A stretch of 64,000 nt of DNA, taken from assembly GCF_003334405.1 (NCBI RefSeq), contig NZ_QOWM01000003.1. One strand, written 5' to 3'. This document shows positions 9,824 through 21,398 of this stretch, one piece after another. The stretch comes from Escherichia coli. Its GTDB lineage: Bacteria; Pseudomonadota; Gammaproteobacteria; Enterobacterales; Enterobacteriaceae. Position numbers and translations under genes: made by a program. The first letter of the stretch is position 1. Every line of letters starts with the position of its first letter. Below the pieces are notes generated by a model, which was given only the letters and a program-made list of their open reading frames with translations, made no database searches and was not told where the DNA came from.

Positions 9824-12800
9824 ATGATTCCACAGATTTCCCAGGCACCCGGCGTCGTTCAACTGGTGCTTAATTTTTTGCAAGAGCTGGAGCAACAAGG
9901 TTTTACCGGCGATACGGCGACAAGTTATGCCGATCGTCTGACAATGTCGACCGACAACAGTATTTACCAACTTCTCCCCGATGCGGTGGTATTTCCGCGT
10001 TCAACCGCAGATGTGGCGCTGATCGCCCGTCTTGCCGCGCAGGAACGCTATTCATCGCTGATCTTTACCCCCCGCGGCGGCGGCACCGGCACTAACGGTC
10101 AGGCGCTCAACCAGGGGATTATTGTTGATATGTCCCGCCATATGAACCGCATCATCGAAATTAACCCTGAAGAGGGCTGGGTGCGCGTTGAGGCCGGGGT
10201 GATAAAAGATCAACTCAATCAGTACCTGAAACCGTTCGGCTACTTTTTTGCGCCGGAACTTTCGACCAGCAACCGGGCAACGCTCGGTGGGATGATCAAT
10301 ACCGATGCATCCGGTCAGGGATCGCTGGTCTATGGCAAAACGTCAGATCACGTACTTGGCGTACGCGCGGTGTTGTTGGGGGGCGATATTCTCGATACGC
10401 AACCTTTACCCGTCGAATTGGCGGAAACGCTGGGTAAATCCAATACCACAATCGGGCGAATTTATAACACGGTTTATCAACGTTGCCGTCAGCAACGCCA
10501 GTTAATTATCGACAACTTCCCCAAACTTAACCGCTTTCTTACCGGTTACGATCTGCGTCATGTCTTTAACGATGAGATGACCGAGTTCGACCTGACGCGC
10601 ATTCTGACGGGTTCAGAAGGGACGCTGGCCTTTATTACCGAAGCGCGGCTGGATATTACACGCTTGCCTAAAGTGCGCCGTCTGGTGAACGTCAAATATG
10701 ACTCTTTTGACTCTGCGCTGCGTAACGCGCCGTTTATGGTTGAGGCGCGGGCGCTTTCGGTAGAGACGGTGGACTCAAAAGTGCTGAATCTGGCGCGGGA
10801 AGATATTGTCTGGCATTCCGTCAGCGAGTTGATTACCGATGTGCCTGACCAAGAGATGCTCGGGCTGAACATTGTGGAATTTGCTGGTGATGATGAGGCG
10901 CTGATTGATGAGCGGGTAAATGCACTCTGTGCGCGGTTGGATGAGCTGATCGCCAGTCATCAAGCAGGTGTCATCGGCTGGCAGGTGTGCCGTGAGCTGG
11001 CGGGGGTTGAACGTATCTATGCAATGCGCAAAAAAGCCGTTGGTCTGCTTGGCAATGCCAAAGGTGCCGCTAAGCCAATTCCGTTTGCTGAGGATACCTG
11101 CGTACCGCCGGAACACCTGGCGGATTATATTGCTGAATTTCGCGCGCTGCTCGACAGCCACGGCTTAAGCTACGGTATGTTCGGTCACGTCGACGCAGGT
11201 GTCTTGCACGTCCGTCCAGCGCTGGATATGTGCGATCCTCAACAAGAGATTTTGATGAAGCAAATCTCTGATGACGTGGTGGCGCTGACTGCGAAATACG
11301 GTGGTTTGTTGTGGGGCGAGCACGGCAAAGGTTTTCGCGCTGAATACAGCCCGGCGTTTTTCGGTGAGGAACTTTTTGCAGAACTGCGCAAAGTGAAAGC
11401 GGCATTTGACCCGCATAACCGACTCAACCCAGGGAAGATTTGCCCGCCAGAAGGTCTCGATGCGCCGATGATGAAAGTGGACGCGGTGAAGCGCGGTACA
11501 TTCGATCGGCAGATCCCCATTGCGGTACGCCAGCAGTGGCGCGGTGCGATGGAGTGTAACGGCAACGGTTTATGCTTCAACTTTGATGCCCGTAGTCCGA
11601 TGTGTCCGTCGATGAAGATCACCCAGAACCGGATTCATTCACCGAAAGGGCGCGCAACGCTGGTGCGTGAATGGCTGCGTTTGTTGGCGGATCGCGGCGT
11701 TGATCCACTCAAACTGGAACAAGAACTGCCTGAATCCGGCGTCAGTTTGCGGACGTTAATTGCCCGCACGCGCAATAGCTGGCATGCGAATAAAGGCGAA
11801 TATGACTTCTCACACGAAGTCAAAGAGGCGATGTCGGGCTGTCTGGCCTGTAAAGCGTGTTCGACCCAGTGCCCCATCAAAATTGATGTGCCGGAGTTTC
11901 GCTCTCGTTTTCTGCAGCTCTATCACACCCGTTATTTACGCCCGCTGCGCGACCACCTCGTCGCTACGGTCGAGAGCTACGCGCCGCTGATGGCACGCGC
12001 GCCGAAAACCTTTAACTTCTTCATTAACCAGCCGCTGGTGCGCAAACTCTCGGAAAAACATATCGGCATGGTTGATTTGCCGCTGCTGTCGGTCCCCTCG
12101 CTACAACAACAAATGGTGGGGCATCGCTCGGCAAACATGACGCTGGAACAGCTTGAATCTCTCAATGCAGAGCAGAAAGCGCGCACAGTGTTGGTGGTGC
12201 AGGACCCCTTTACCAGCTATTACGATGCGCAAGTGGTGGCGGATTTTGTCCGTCTGGTCGAAAAATTAGGTTTCCAGCCTGTGTTACTGCCATTTTCGCC
12301 AAATGGCAAAGCCCAGCATATTAAAGGTTTTCTTAATCGTTTTGCGAAGACGGCGAAAAAGACGGCGGATTTCCTCAACCGTATGGCGAAGCTGGGTATG
12401 CCAATGGTGGGCGTCGATCCGGCGCTGGTACTTTGTTATCGCGATGAATATAAACTGGCGCTGGGCGAGGAGCGTGGCGAGTTTAACGTCTTACTGGCGA
12501 ATGAATGGCTGGCAAGCGCACTTGAGTCACAGCCAGTGGCTACAGTCAGCGGTGAATCATGGTATTTCTTTGGTCACTGTACCGAAGTTACCGCCTTGCC
12601 GGGTGCGCCAGCACAATGGGCCGCGATATTTGCCCGTTTTGGCGCGAAACTGGAAAATGTCAGCGTGGGTTGCTGCGGCATGGCAGGGACTTACGGACAT
12701 GAAGCGAAAAACCATGAAAATTCGCTCGGGATCTATGAGTTATCCTGGCATCAGGCTATGCAGCGACTGCCGCGTAACCGCTGTCTGGCGACCGGATATT

Positions 12801-12880
12801 CCTGCCGTAGCCAGGTAAAACGGGTTGAAGGCACGGGGGTACGCCATCCTGTGCAGGCTTTACTGGAGATTATTAAATGA
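9824..12880 (+). CDS. ydiJ: large FAD-linked oxidoreductase with Fe-S cluster motifs (reported D-2-hydroxyglutarate dehydrogenase)
   Basis: 1018-aa ORF; N-terminal FAD-binding type sequence; CLACKACSTQCP 4Fe-4S motif and C-terminal Cys-rich region visible in translation. Confidence 0.85.
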   Translation: MIPQISQAPGVVQLVLNFLQELEQQGFTGDTATSYADRLTMSTDNSIYQLLPDAVVFPRSTADVALIARLAAQERYSSLIFTPRGGGTGTNGQALNQGIIVDMSRHMNRIIEINPEEGWVRVEAGVIKDQLNQYLKPFGYFFAPELSTSNRATLGGMINTDASGQGSLVYGKTSDHVLGVRAVLLGGDILDTQPLPVELAETLGKSNTTIGRIYNTVYQRCRQQRQLIIDNFPKLNRFLTGYDLRHVFNDEMTEFDLTRILTGSEGTLAFITEARLDITRLPKVRRLVNVKYDSFDSALRNAPFMVEARALSVETVDSKVLNLAREDIVWHSVSELITDVPDQEMLGLNIVEFAGDDEALIDERVNALCARLDELIASHQAGVIGWQVCRELAGVERIYAMRKKAVGLLGNAKGAAKPIPFAEDTCVPPEHLADYIAEFRALLDSHGLSYGMFGHVDAGVLHVRPALDMCDPQQEILMKQISDDVVALTAKYGGLLWGEHGKGFRAEYSPAFFGEELFAELRKVKAAFDPHNRLNPGKICPPEGLDAPMMKVDAVKRGTFDRQIPIAVRQQWRGAMECNGNGLCFNFDARSPMCPSMKITQNRIHSPKGRATLVREWLRLLADRGVDPLKLEQELPESGVSLRTLIARTRNSWHANKGEYDFSHEVKEAMSGCLACKACSTQCPIKIDVPEFRSRFLQLYHTRYLRPLRDHLVATVESYAPLMARAPKTFNFFINQPLVRKLSEKHIGMVDLPLLSVPSLQQQMVGHRSANMTLEQLESLNAEQKARTVLVVQDPFTSYYDAQVVADFVRLVEKLGFQPVLLPFSPNGKAQHIKGFLNRFAKTAKKTADFLNRMAKLGMPMVGVDPALVLCYRDEYKLALGEERGEFNVLLANEWLASALESQPVATVSGESWYFFGHCTEVTALPGAPAQWAAIFARFGAKLENVSVGCCGMAGTYGHEAKNHENSLGIYELSWHQAMQRLPRNRCLATGYSCRSQVKRVEGTGVRHPVQALLEIIK

Positions 12881-13287
12881 TATGGAAACGGAAAATCACC
12901 CTGGAAGCACTGAATGCTATGGGTGAAGGAAACATGGTGGGGTTCCTGGATATTCGCTTTGAACATATTGGTGATGACACCCTTGAAGCGACAATGCCAG
13001 TAGACTCGCGGACAAAGCAGCCTTTCGGGTTGCTGCATGGAGGAGCATCCGTGGTACTGGCCGAAAGTATCGGTTCCGTTGCCGGTTATTTATGTACCGA
13101 AGGTGAGCAAAAAGTGGTTGGTCTGGAAATCAATGCTAACCACGTCCGCTCGGCACGAGAAGGGCGGGTGCGCGGCGTATGCAAACCGTTGCATCTCGGT
13201 TCGCGTCACCAGGTCTGGCAGATTGAAATCTTCGATGAGAAAGGGCGTTTGTGCTGTTCGTCACGATTGACGACCGCCATTTTGTGA
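12877..13287 (+). CDS. menI: 1,4-dihydroxy-2-naphthoyl-CoA thioesterase (hotdog fold)
   Basis: 136-aa ORF, PaaI/hotdog thioesterase-like; start overlaps ydiJ stop by 4 nt. Confidence 0.85.
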   Translation: MIWKRKITLEALNAMGEGNMVGFLDIRFEHIGDDTLEATMPVDSRTKQPFGLLHGGASVVLAESIGSVAGYLCTEGEQKVVGLEINANHVRSAREGRVRGVCKPLHLGSRHQVWQIEIFDEKGRLCCSSRLTTAIL

Positions 13288-13386
13288 CGTTGTCACCAGA
13301 AAAGTGTGACGCATATTGCTTTTGGTCATTATCTGCACAGTAAACGGTGGTATACTGTGCAGGTCTTGTCTAAAAGCGAGGATGCT

Positions 13387-13575
13387 ATGTCTACTCAACT
13401 TGATCCCACCCAGCTGGCCATTGAATTTTTACGCCGTGACCAGAGCAATCTTTCACCTGCCCAATATCTCAAACGTCTGAAACAACTAGAACTTGAATTT
13501 GCTGACCTGCTTACTCTCTCTTCTGCTGAATTAAAAGAAGAAATCTACTTTGCCTGGCGTCTGGGCGTGCATTGA
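13387..13575 (+). CDS. ydiH: small uncharacterised protein
   Basis: ORF track 13306..13575 (89 aa); trimmed to the MSTQLDPTQ start at 13387 (62 aa). Confidence 0.6.
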   Translation: MSTQLDPTQLAIEFLRRDQSNLSPAQYLKRLKQLELEFADLLTLSSAELKEEIYFAWRLGVH

Positions 13576-13769
13576 TCCTGACTTAATGCCGCAAGTTCGC
13601 CAAATCGACCTGGATTAACCTCCGTCCAGGTTCGATGACCTTCTTAATACTGCTTATCTACCGCCTGATATTGTTCAAAAATAATACTAATCGCAGTTTG
13701 TGTTAAAACGGCGGGTTAGCTTTATGAGATTATTCTTATCGCCCCTTCAAGAGCTAAGCCACTGAGAGT

Positions 13770-13843
13770 GCCGGAGATAAGCGCCGGATGGGGTAGAAAC
13801 CCTTAAGCCTGTGTCGCACAGACTTAAGGGTTTTCTTATTTCT
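13770..13843 (+). ncRNA. rydB: candidate small RNA ending in an intrinsic terminator (possibly RydB)
   Basis: Stem cccttaag/cttaaggg (13800-13830) followed by TTTTCTTATTT, preceded by a short ccgg...ccgg hairpin, in the ydiH-sufA intergenic region where RydB is described; the 5' end is a guess. Confidence 0.35.
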
Positions 13844-14062
13844 GAACGCTGCACTTTTTTACCTATCTCTTAAATAGTCATTTTCAATACAACTTTTTCT
13901 TTTTCATCACAGCCTTAATGCTCCTTAGATAATAACCATTATCTAACAATGAGATACCTAATTCTTAGCGTGCCTGTTAACCCACACATCAGGGTCTATG
14001 CTTATTAAAAGCAGGCAAAAAGCATGTTTTACGGTAAAGCCCCTGCGTTTGCTGGGTTGAAC

Positions 14063-14077
14063 TGATAATCATTATCA
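14063..14077 (+). promoter_or_regulatory. Fur box in the suf operon promoter
   Basis: tgataatcattatca, a near-perfect match to the GATAATGATAATCATTATC Fur consensus, about 45 bp upstream of the sufA start. Confidence 0.75.
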
Positions 14078-14122
14078 CTAACATGCTGTTATACGCTGAA
14101 AGCGATGAAGTGAGGTAAATCG

Positions 14123-14491
14123 ATGGACATGCATTCAGGAACCTTTAACCCACAAGATTTCGCCTGGCAAGGCTTAACGCTGACACCCGCAGCGGCGATA
14201 CACATCCGTGAGCTGGTGGCAAAGCAGCCGGGTATGGTCGGCGTGCGCTTAGGCGTGAAGCAAACGGGCTGCGCGGGCTTTGGCTATGTGCTCGACAGTG
14301 TTAGCGAGCCGGACAAAGACGATCTGCTGTTTGAACACGACGGCGCGAAGCTGTTTGTCCCGCTGCAAGCGATGCCGTTTATTGATGGCACGGAAGTCGA
14401 TTTCGTTCGTGAAGGACTTAATCAGATATTCAAATTTCACAACCCTAAAGCCCAGAATGAATGTGGCTGTGGCGAAAGCTTTGGGGTATAG
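14123..14491 (+). CDS. sufA: Fe-S cluster A-type carrier
   Basis: 122-aa ORF with C-terminal CGCGESF motif; first gene of sufABCDSE. Confidence 0.9.
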   Translation: MDMHSGTFNPQDFAWQGLTLTPAAAIHIRELVAKQPGMVGVRLGVKQTGCAGFGYVLDSVSEPDKDDLLFEHDGAKLFVPLQAMPFIDGTEVDFVREGLNQIFKFHNPKAQNECGCGESFGV

Positions 14492-14499
14492 GCGGTACT

Positions 14500-15987
14500 A
14501 TGTCTCGTAATACTGAAGCAACTGACGATGTCAAAACCTGGACCGGCGGCCCGCTGAATTATAAAGAAGGATTCTTCACCCAGTTAGCCACCGATGAGCT
14601 GGCAAAGGGGATAAACGAAGAGGTGGTGCGCGCAATTTCGGCGAAGCGTAATGAGCCGGAGTGGATGCTGGAGTTTCGTCTAAACGCCTATCGCGCATGG
14701 CTGGAGATGGAAGAACCGCACTGGTTGAAAGCGCACTACGACAAGCTGAATTATCAGGATTACAGCTACTACTCAGCACCATCGTGCGGTAATTGTGACG
14801 ACACTTGCGCGTCTGAACCTGGCGCGGTGCAGCAAACTGGCGCGAACGCCTTTTTAAGTAAAGAGGTGGAGGCGGCGTTTGAGCAGTTGGGCGTTCCCGT
14901 GCGGGAAGGCAAAGAGGTGGCGGTGGATGCCATTTTCGACTCAGTTTCGGTTGCCACTACTTATCGCGAAAAACTGGCGGAGCAGGGAATTATTTTCTGT
15001 TCCTTTGGTGAGGCGATCCACGATCACCCGGAACTGGTGCGTAAATATCTCGGCACCGTGGTGCCGGGGAATGACAACTTCTTTGCCGCGCTTAATGCGG
15101 CGGTAGCCTCTGACGGTACGTTTATTTATGTGCCTAAAGGCGTGCGCTGCCCGATGGAACTTTCCACCTATTTTCGCATTAACGCAGAAAAAACCGGGCA
15201 GTTTGAGCGCACCATTCTGGTGGCCGACGAAGACAGCTACGTCAGCTACATTGAAGGCTGTTCCGCTCCGGTGCGTGACAGCTATCAGTTACACGCGGCA
15301 GTGGTGGAAGTCATCATCCATAAAAACGCCGAGGTGAAATATTCCACGGTACAAAACTGGTTTCCTGGCGATAACAACACCGGCGGTATTCTCAACTTCG
15401 TCACCAAGCGTGCTTTGTGCGAAGGCGAAAACAGCAAAATGTCATGGACGCAATCAGAAACCGGGTCAGCGATTACGTGGAAATATCCCAGCTGCATTTT
15501 GCGCGGCGATAACTCCATTGGTGAGTTTTACTCAGTGGCGCTGACCAGCGGTCATCAGCAAGCGGATACCGGCACCAAGATGATCCACATCGGTAAAAAC
15601 ACCAAATCGACCATTATCTCGAAAGGGATCTCTGCCGGACATAGTCAGAACAGTTATCGCGGCTTAGTGAAAATCATGCCGACGGCAACCAATGCGCGCA
15701 ATTTCACTCAGTGCGACTCAATGCTGATTGGCGCTAATTGTGGGGCGCATACCTTCCCGTATGTTGAGTGTCGTAACAATAGTGCGCAACTGGAACACGA
15801 GGCAACGACATCACGTATTGGTGAAGATCAACTGTTTTACTGCCTGCAACGCGGGATCAGCGAAGAAGACGCCATCTCGATGATTGTTAACGGTTTCTGC
15901 AAAGACGTGTTCTCGGAGCTGCCGTTGGAATTTGCCGTTGAAGCACAAAAACTCCTCGCCATCAGTCTTGAACACAGCGTCGGATAA
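14500..15987 (+). CDS. sufB: Fe-S cluster assembly scaffold SufB
   Basis: ORF track 14461..15987; start trimmed to [10 protein letters not shown] (495 aa); SufB sequence recognised. Confidence 0.9.
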   Translation: MSRNTEATDDVKTWTGGPLNYKEGFFTQLATDELAKGINEEVVRAISAKRNEPEWMLEFRLNAYRAWLEMEEPHWLKAHYDKLNYQDYSYYSAPSCGNCDDTCASEPGAVQQTGANAFLSKEVEAAFEQLGVPVREGKEVAVDAIFDSVSVATTYREKLAEQGIIFCSFGEAIHDHPELVRKYLGTVVPGNDNFFAALNAAVASDGTFIYVPKGVRCPMELSTYFRINAEKTGQFERTILVADEDSYVSYIEGCSAPVRDSYQLHAAVVEVIIHKNAEVKYSTVQNWFPGDNNTGGILNFVTKRALCEGENSKMSWTQSETGSAITWKYPSCILRGDNSIGEFYSVALTSGHQQADTGTKMIHIGKNTKSTIISKGISAGHSQNSYRGLVKIMPTATNARNFTQCDSMLIGANCGAHTFPYVECRNNSAQLEHEATTSRIGEDQLFYCLQRGISEEDAISMIVNGFCKDVFSELPLEFAVEAQKLLAISLEHSVG

Positions 15988-15996
15988 GGAATAAAC

Positions 15997-16743
15997 ATGT
16001 TAAGTATTAAAGATTTACACGTCAGCGTGGAAGATAAAGCTATCCTGCGCGGATTAAGCCTCGACGTTCATCCCGGCGAAGTTCACGCCATTATGGGGCC
16101 AAACGGTTCGGGCAAAAGTACCTTATCGGCAACGCTTGCCGGGCGAGAAGATTATGAAGTGACGGGCGGCACGGTTGAGTTCAAAGGCAAAGATTTGCTT
16201 GCGCTGTCGCCGGAAGATCGCGCGGGCGAAGGCATCTTTATGGCCTTCCAGTATCCGGTGGAGATTCCAGGTGTCAGTAACCAGTTTTTCCTGCAAACGG
16301 CACTTAATGCGGTGCGCAGCTATCGCGGCCAGGAAACGCTCGACCGCTTTGATTTTCAGGATTTGATGGAAGAGAAAATCGCTCTCCTGAAGATGCCGGA
16401 AGATTTATTAACCCGTTCGGTAAACGTTGGTTTTTCCGGCGGCGAGAAAAAGCGCAACGATATTTTGCAAATGGCGGTGCTGGAACCGGAGTTATGCATT
16501 CTTGATGAGTCGGACTCCGGGCTGGATATTGACGCATTAAAAGTGGTCGCCGATGGCGTGAACTCGCTGCGTGATGGCAAGCGCTCATTCATCATTGTTA
16601 CGCACTACCAACGCATTCTCGACTACATCAAGCCTGATTACGTTCATGTGCTATATCAGGGACGAATTGTGAAATCCGGCGATTTCACGTTGGTCAAACA
16701 ACTGGAGGAGCAGGGTTATGGCTGGCTTACCGAACAGCAGTAA
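15997..16743 (+). CDS. sufC: Fe-S cluster assembly ATPase SufC
   Basis: 248-aa ORF with Walker A GPNGSGKST and ABC signature. Confidence 0.92.
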   Translation: MLSIKDLHVSVEDKAILRGLSLDVHPGEVHAIMGPNGSGKSTLSATLAGREDYEVTGGTVEFKGKDLLALSPEDRAGEGIFMAFQYPVEIPGVSNQFFLQTALNAVRSYRGQETLDRFDFQDLMEEKIALLKMPEDLLTRSVNVGFSGGEKKRNDILQMAVLEPELCILDESDSGLDIDALKVVADGVNSLRDGKRSFIIVTHYQRILDYIKPDYVHVLYQGRIVKSGDFTLVKQLEEQGYGWLTEQQ

Positions 16744-17989
16744 CGCGCTGCAACAGTGGCATCACTTGTTTGAAGCTGAAGGGACAAAACGCTCCCCGCA
16801 AGCACAGCAGCATTTACAACAATTGCTGCGTACCGGACTGCCGACACGTAAACATGAAAACTGGAAATATACGCCGCTGGAAGGGCTGATCAATAGCCAG
16901 TTTGTCAGCATTGCGGGAGAGATATCCCCACAGCAGCGTGATGCCTTAGCGTTAACGTTAGACTCCGTGCGGCTGGTGTTTGTCGATGGGCGTTACGTGC
17001 CCGCACTGAGCGATGCAACTGAAGGCAGCGGATATGAAGTGAGCATTAACGACGACCGTCAGGGTTTACCCGACGCTATTCAGGCGGAAGTGTTTCTGCA
17101 TTTGACGGAAAGCCTGGCACAAAGCGTGACGCATATCGCCGTGAAGCGCGGTCAACGGCCGGCAAAGCCATTGCTGTTAATGCATATCACCCAGGGCGTG
17201 GCAGGTGAAGAGGTGAACACTGCCCATTACCGACATCATCTGGATCTGGCGGAAGGTGCCGAAGCAACGGTGATCGAACATTTTGTCAGCCTGAATGATG
17301 CTCGTCATTTTACCGGGGCACGGTTCACTATCAACGTCGCAGCGAATGCCCACTTGCAGCATATCAAGCTGGCGTTTGAAAACCCGCTCAGTCACCACTT
17401 TGCTCATAACGATTTGTTGCTGGCTGAGGATGCCACCGCATTTAGCCACAGTTTCCTGCTGGGTGGCGCAGTGTTACGACACAACACCAGTACGCAACTC
17501 AATGGCGAAAACAGCACGCTGCGGATCAATAGCCTGGCGATGCCGGTGAAAAACGAGGTGTGTGATACCCGTACCTGGCTGGAACACAATAAAGGTTTTT
17601 GTAACAGCCGACAGTTGCACAAAACTATCGTCAGCGACAAAGGCCGCGCGGTATTTAACGGTTTGATCAACGTCGCGCAGCACGCCATCAAAACGGATGG
17701 TCAGATGACCAACAACAATCTGCTGATGGGCAAACTGGCGGAAGTGGATACGAAACCGCAGCTGGAAATCTATGCAGATGATGTGAAATGCAGCCACGGC
17801 GCGACGGTGGGGCGTATTGATGATGAACAGATATTCTATCTGCGCTCGCGCGGGATCAATCAGCAGGATGCCCAGCAGATGATCATTTACGCCTTCGCTG
17901 CCGAACTGACGGAAGCACTGCGTGATGAGGGGCTTAAACAGCAGGTGCTGGCCCGAATCGGTCAACGGCTGCCAGGAGGTGCAAGATGA
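16718..17989 (+). CDS. sufD: Fe-S cluster assembly protein SufD
   Basis: 423-aa ORF; overlaps sufC by 26 nt; operon context. Confidence 0.9.
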
Positions 17990-19206
17990 TTTTTTCCGTC
18001 GACAAAGTGCGGGCCGACTTTCCGGTGCTTTCGCGTGAGGTAAACGGTTTGCCGCTGGCTTATCTCGACAGCGCCGCCAGTGCGCAGAAACCGAGCCAGG
18101 TGATTGACGCCGAGGCCGAGTTTTATCGTCATGGCTACGCGGCGGTGCATCGTGGTATTCATACCTTAAGCGCCCAGGCGACCGAGAAAATGGAGAACGT
18201 GCGCAAGCGGGCATCGCTGTTTATTAATGCCCGTTCGGCGGAAGAGCTGGTGTTCGTCCGCGGCACGACGGAAGGGATCAATCTGGTCGCCAATAGCTGG
18301 GGCAACAGCAACGTGCGGGCGGGCGATAACATCATCATCAGTCAGATGGAGCACCACGCTAACATTGTTCCCTGGCAGATGCTTTGCGCACGCGTTGGCG
18401 CAGAGCTGCGTGTGATCCCGCTCAATCCCGATGGTACGTTGCAACTGGAGACGCTGCCTACGCTGTTTGATGAGAAAACTCGCCTGCTGGCAATTACTCA
18501 TGTCTCCAACGTGCTTGGCACAGAAAATCCACTGGCGGAAATGATCACGCTTGCGCACCAGCATGGCGCAAAAGTGCTGGTGGATGGCGCTCAGGCGGTG
18601 ATGCATCATCCGGTGGATGTTCAGGCGCTGGATTGCGACTTTTACGTGTTCTCCGGGCATAAACTGTATGGCCCCACCGGAATTGGCATTCTTTATGTGA
18701 AAGAAGCCTTGTTGCAGGAGATGCCGCCGTGGGAAGGGGGCGGTTCTATGATCGCCACCGTCAGCCTGAGTGAAGGCACTACCTGGACCAAAGCACCATG
18801 GCGGTTTGAAGCCGGTACACCCAATACCGGGGGCATCATTGGTCTTGGCGCGGCGCTGGAGTATGTTTCGGCGCTGGGGCTTAATAACATAGCCGAGTAT
18901 GAACAGAATCTGATGCATTATGCGCTATCACAGCTGGAATCTGTACCGGATCTCACTCTCTATGGCCCACAAAACAGGCTTGGCGTTATTGCTTTTAATC
19001 TCGGTAAACACCACGCCTATGATGTTGGCAGTTTTCTCGATAATTACGGCATTGCTGTGCGTACCGGACATCACTGCGCAATGCCATTGATGGCCTATTA
19101 CAACGTCCCTGCGATGTGTCGGGCGTCGCTGGCCATGTATAACACCCATGAAGAAGTGGATCGTCTGGTGACCGGCCTGCAACGTATTCACCGTTTGCTG
19201 GGATAA
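17986..19206 (+). CDS. sufS: cysteine desulfurase SufS (PLP-dependent)
   Basis: 406-aa ORF, class V aminotransferase-like; ATGA overlap with sufD. Confidence 0.92.
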   Translation: MIFSVDKVRADFPVLSREVNGLPLAYLDSAASAQKPSQVIDAEAEFYRHGYAAVHRGIHTLSAQATEKMENVRKRASLFINARSAEELVFVRGTTEGINLVANSWGNSNVRAGDNIIISQMEHHANIVPWQMLCARVGAELRVIPLNPDGTLQLETLPTLFDEKTRLLAITHVSNVLGTENPLAEMITLAHQHGAKVLVDGAQAVMHHPVDVQALDCDFYVFSGHKLYGPTGIGILYVKEALLQEMPPWEGGGSMIATVSLSEGTTWTKAPWRFEAGTPNTGGIIGLGAALEYVSALGLNNIAEYEQNLMHYALSQLESVPDLTLYGPQNRLGVIAFNLGKHHAYDVGSFLDNYGIAVRTGHHCAMPLMAYYNVPAMCRASLAMYNTHEEVDRLVTGLQRIHRLLG

Positions 19207-19218
19207 CAGGGAGGCACT

Positions 19219-19635
19219 ATGGCTTTATTGCCGGATAAAGAAAAGTTGCTGCGTAATTTTTTACGCTGCGCCAACTGGGAAGAGAAATATCTCTACATTA
19301 TTGAGCTGGGCCAGCGTCTGCCAGAATTACGCGACGAAGACAGAAGTCCACAAAATAGCATTCAGGGCTGTCAGAGTCAGGTGTGGATTGTCATGCGCCA
19401 GAATGCCCAGGGAATTATTGAATTACAGGGCGACAGCGATGCGGCGATTGTGAAAGGGCTTATTGCGGTCGTCTTTATTCTCTACGATCAGATGACGCCG
19501 CAGGATATTGTCAATTTCGATGTGCGTCCGTGGTTTGAAAAAATGGCGCTCACCCAACATCTCACCCCATCTCGTTCACAAGGTCTGGAAGCGATGATTC
19601 GCGCAATTCGCGCCAAAGCCGCTGCACTTAGCTAA
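19219..19635 (+). CDS. sufE: sulfur acceptor SufE
   Basis: 138-aa ORF; last gene of the suf operon. Confidence 0.9.
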
Positions 19636-19783
19636 ACTAAAAGGACAGCTTTCATCCGGTTGGCTCACATTGCCGGATGGTCAATGTTTACACTGACCTG
19701 CACAGGAGTGTTTTGGTTTCAGGTGAACATAAGCGCCATCCGACGTTTCAGCGTGAGTCTCCGGCAAATACAGGAGGTTTACA

Positions 19784-20788
19784 ATGAAACGCGCGTCTTT
19801 GCTTACACTCACGCTTATCGGCGCTTTTAGCGCCATCCAGGCTGCCTGGGCGGTTGATTATCCGCTACCACCAACCGGAAGCCGACTGGTTGGGCAAAAT
19901 CAAACGTATACGGTGCAAGAAGGGGATAAAAACCTTCAGGCTATTGCCCGACGTTTTGATACTGCGGCAATGTTGATCCTTGAAGCCAATAACACTATCG
20001 CCCCGGTGCCAAAACCTGGTACGACGATAACTATTCCTTCACAACTGTTATTACCTGATGCACCGCGTCAGGGGATTATCGTTAACCTTGCAGAGCTGCG
20101 CCTTTATTATTATCCGCCGGGAGAAAATATTGTGCAGGTTTATCCAATAGGTATTGGATTGCAGGGGCTGGAAACGCCGGTGATGGAAACGCGTGTTGGG
20201 CAGAAAATCCCTAACCCAACCTGGACGCCTACGGCAGGCATTCGTCAGCGTTCGCTGGAGCGTGGCATTAAATTACCGCCAGTCGTTCCTGCCGGACCAA
20301 ATAACCCGCTAGGACGTTACGCACTGCGCCTCGCGCATGGTAATGGCGAATACCTCATTCATGGTACCAGTGCGCCGGACAGCGTCGGTTTGCGCGTCAG
20401 TTCAGGGTGTATTCGCATGAATGCACCGGATATTAAAGCCTTGTTCTCCAGCGTGCGGACGGGAACGCCGGTGAAAGTGATCAACGAACCGGTGAAATAT
20501 TCCGTGGAGCCTAACGGGATGCGTTATGTTGAAGTACATCGACCACTATCGGCAGAAGAACAGCAGAACGTTCAGACAATGCCATACACACTGCCAGCAG
20601 GCTTTACGCAATTTAAAGACAATAAGGCTGTAGATCAGAAGTTAGTCGATAAAGCGTTGTATCGTCGGGCAGGGTATCCGGTTTCGGTGAGCAGTGGAGC
20701 AACTCCCGCAGCCAGCAATGCGCCTTCAGTAGAGTCAGCGCAGAATGGTGAACCAGAGCAAGGGAATATGTTACGCGTGACGCAGTAG
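19784..20788 (+). CDS. ldtE: L,D-transpeptidase with LysM domain
   Basis: 334-aa ORF with signal peptide and YkuD-type catalytic motif (HGT...SSGCIRM). Confidence 0.85.
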
Positions 20789-20803
20789 CGGTAAACGGCA
20801 GAC

Positions 20804-20836
20804 AAAAAAAATGGCGCACAATGTGCGCCATTTTTC
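20804..20836. terminator. bidirectional intrinsic terminator between ldtE and lpp
   Basis: A8 run, stem atggcgcaca/tgtgcgccat, T5 run; symmetric, so usable from both convergent genes. Confidence 0.8.
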
Positions 20837-20851
20837 ACTTCACAGGTACTA

Positions 20852-21100
<249 letters not shown>

Positions 21101-21343
21101 CTAGATTGAGTTAATCTCCATGTAGCGTTACAAGTATTACACAAAGTTTTTTATGTTGAGAATATTTTTTTGATGGGAAGGCACTTATTTTTGATCGTTC
21201 GCTCAAAGAAGCATCGAACGCTGGGTTTTAGATAAAAAAATTGAGAGAAAACAGGATGCTTCCATCGGATTCATCTTAGATAAAGTGAGATTATATAGTG
21301 AAATCCGATTTGATTTTTTATTGCTTCTGGTTATCGATTAAAT

Positions 21344-21366
21344 AAAAAAAGCGCCCATCAGGGCGC
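21344..21366 (-). terminator. intrinsic terminator of pykF
   Basis: Stem gcgccc-atca-gggcgc followed on the minus strand by a U7 run, 33 bp past the pykF stop. Confidence 0.75.
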
Positions 21367-21398
21367 TTCGATATACAAATTAATTCACAAAAGCAATA

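Noticed and set aside
17474-18918. 246-aa and 250-aa minus-strand ORFs antisense to sufD and sufS
   Set aside because: Shadow ORFs with Arg/His/Gln-rich low-complexity translations; sufD and sufS are full-length and well matched on the plus strand.
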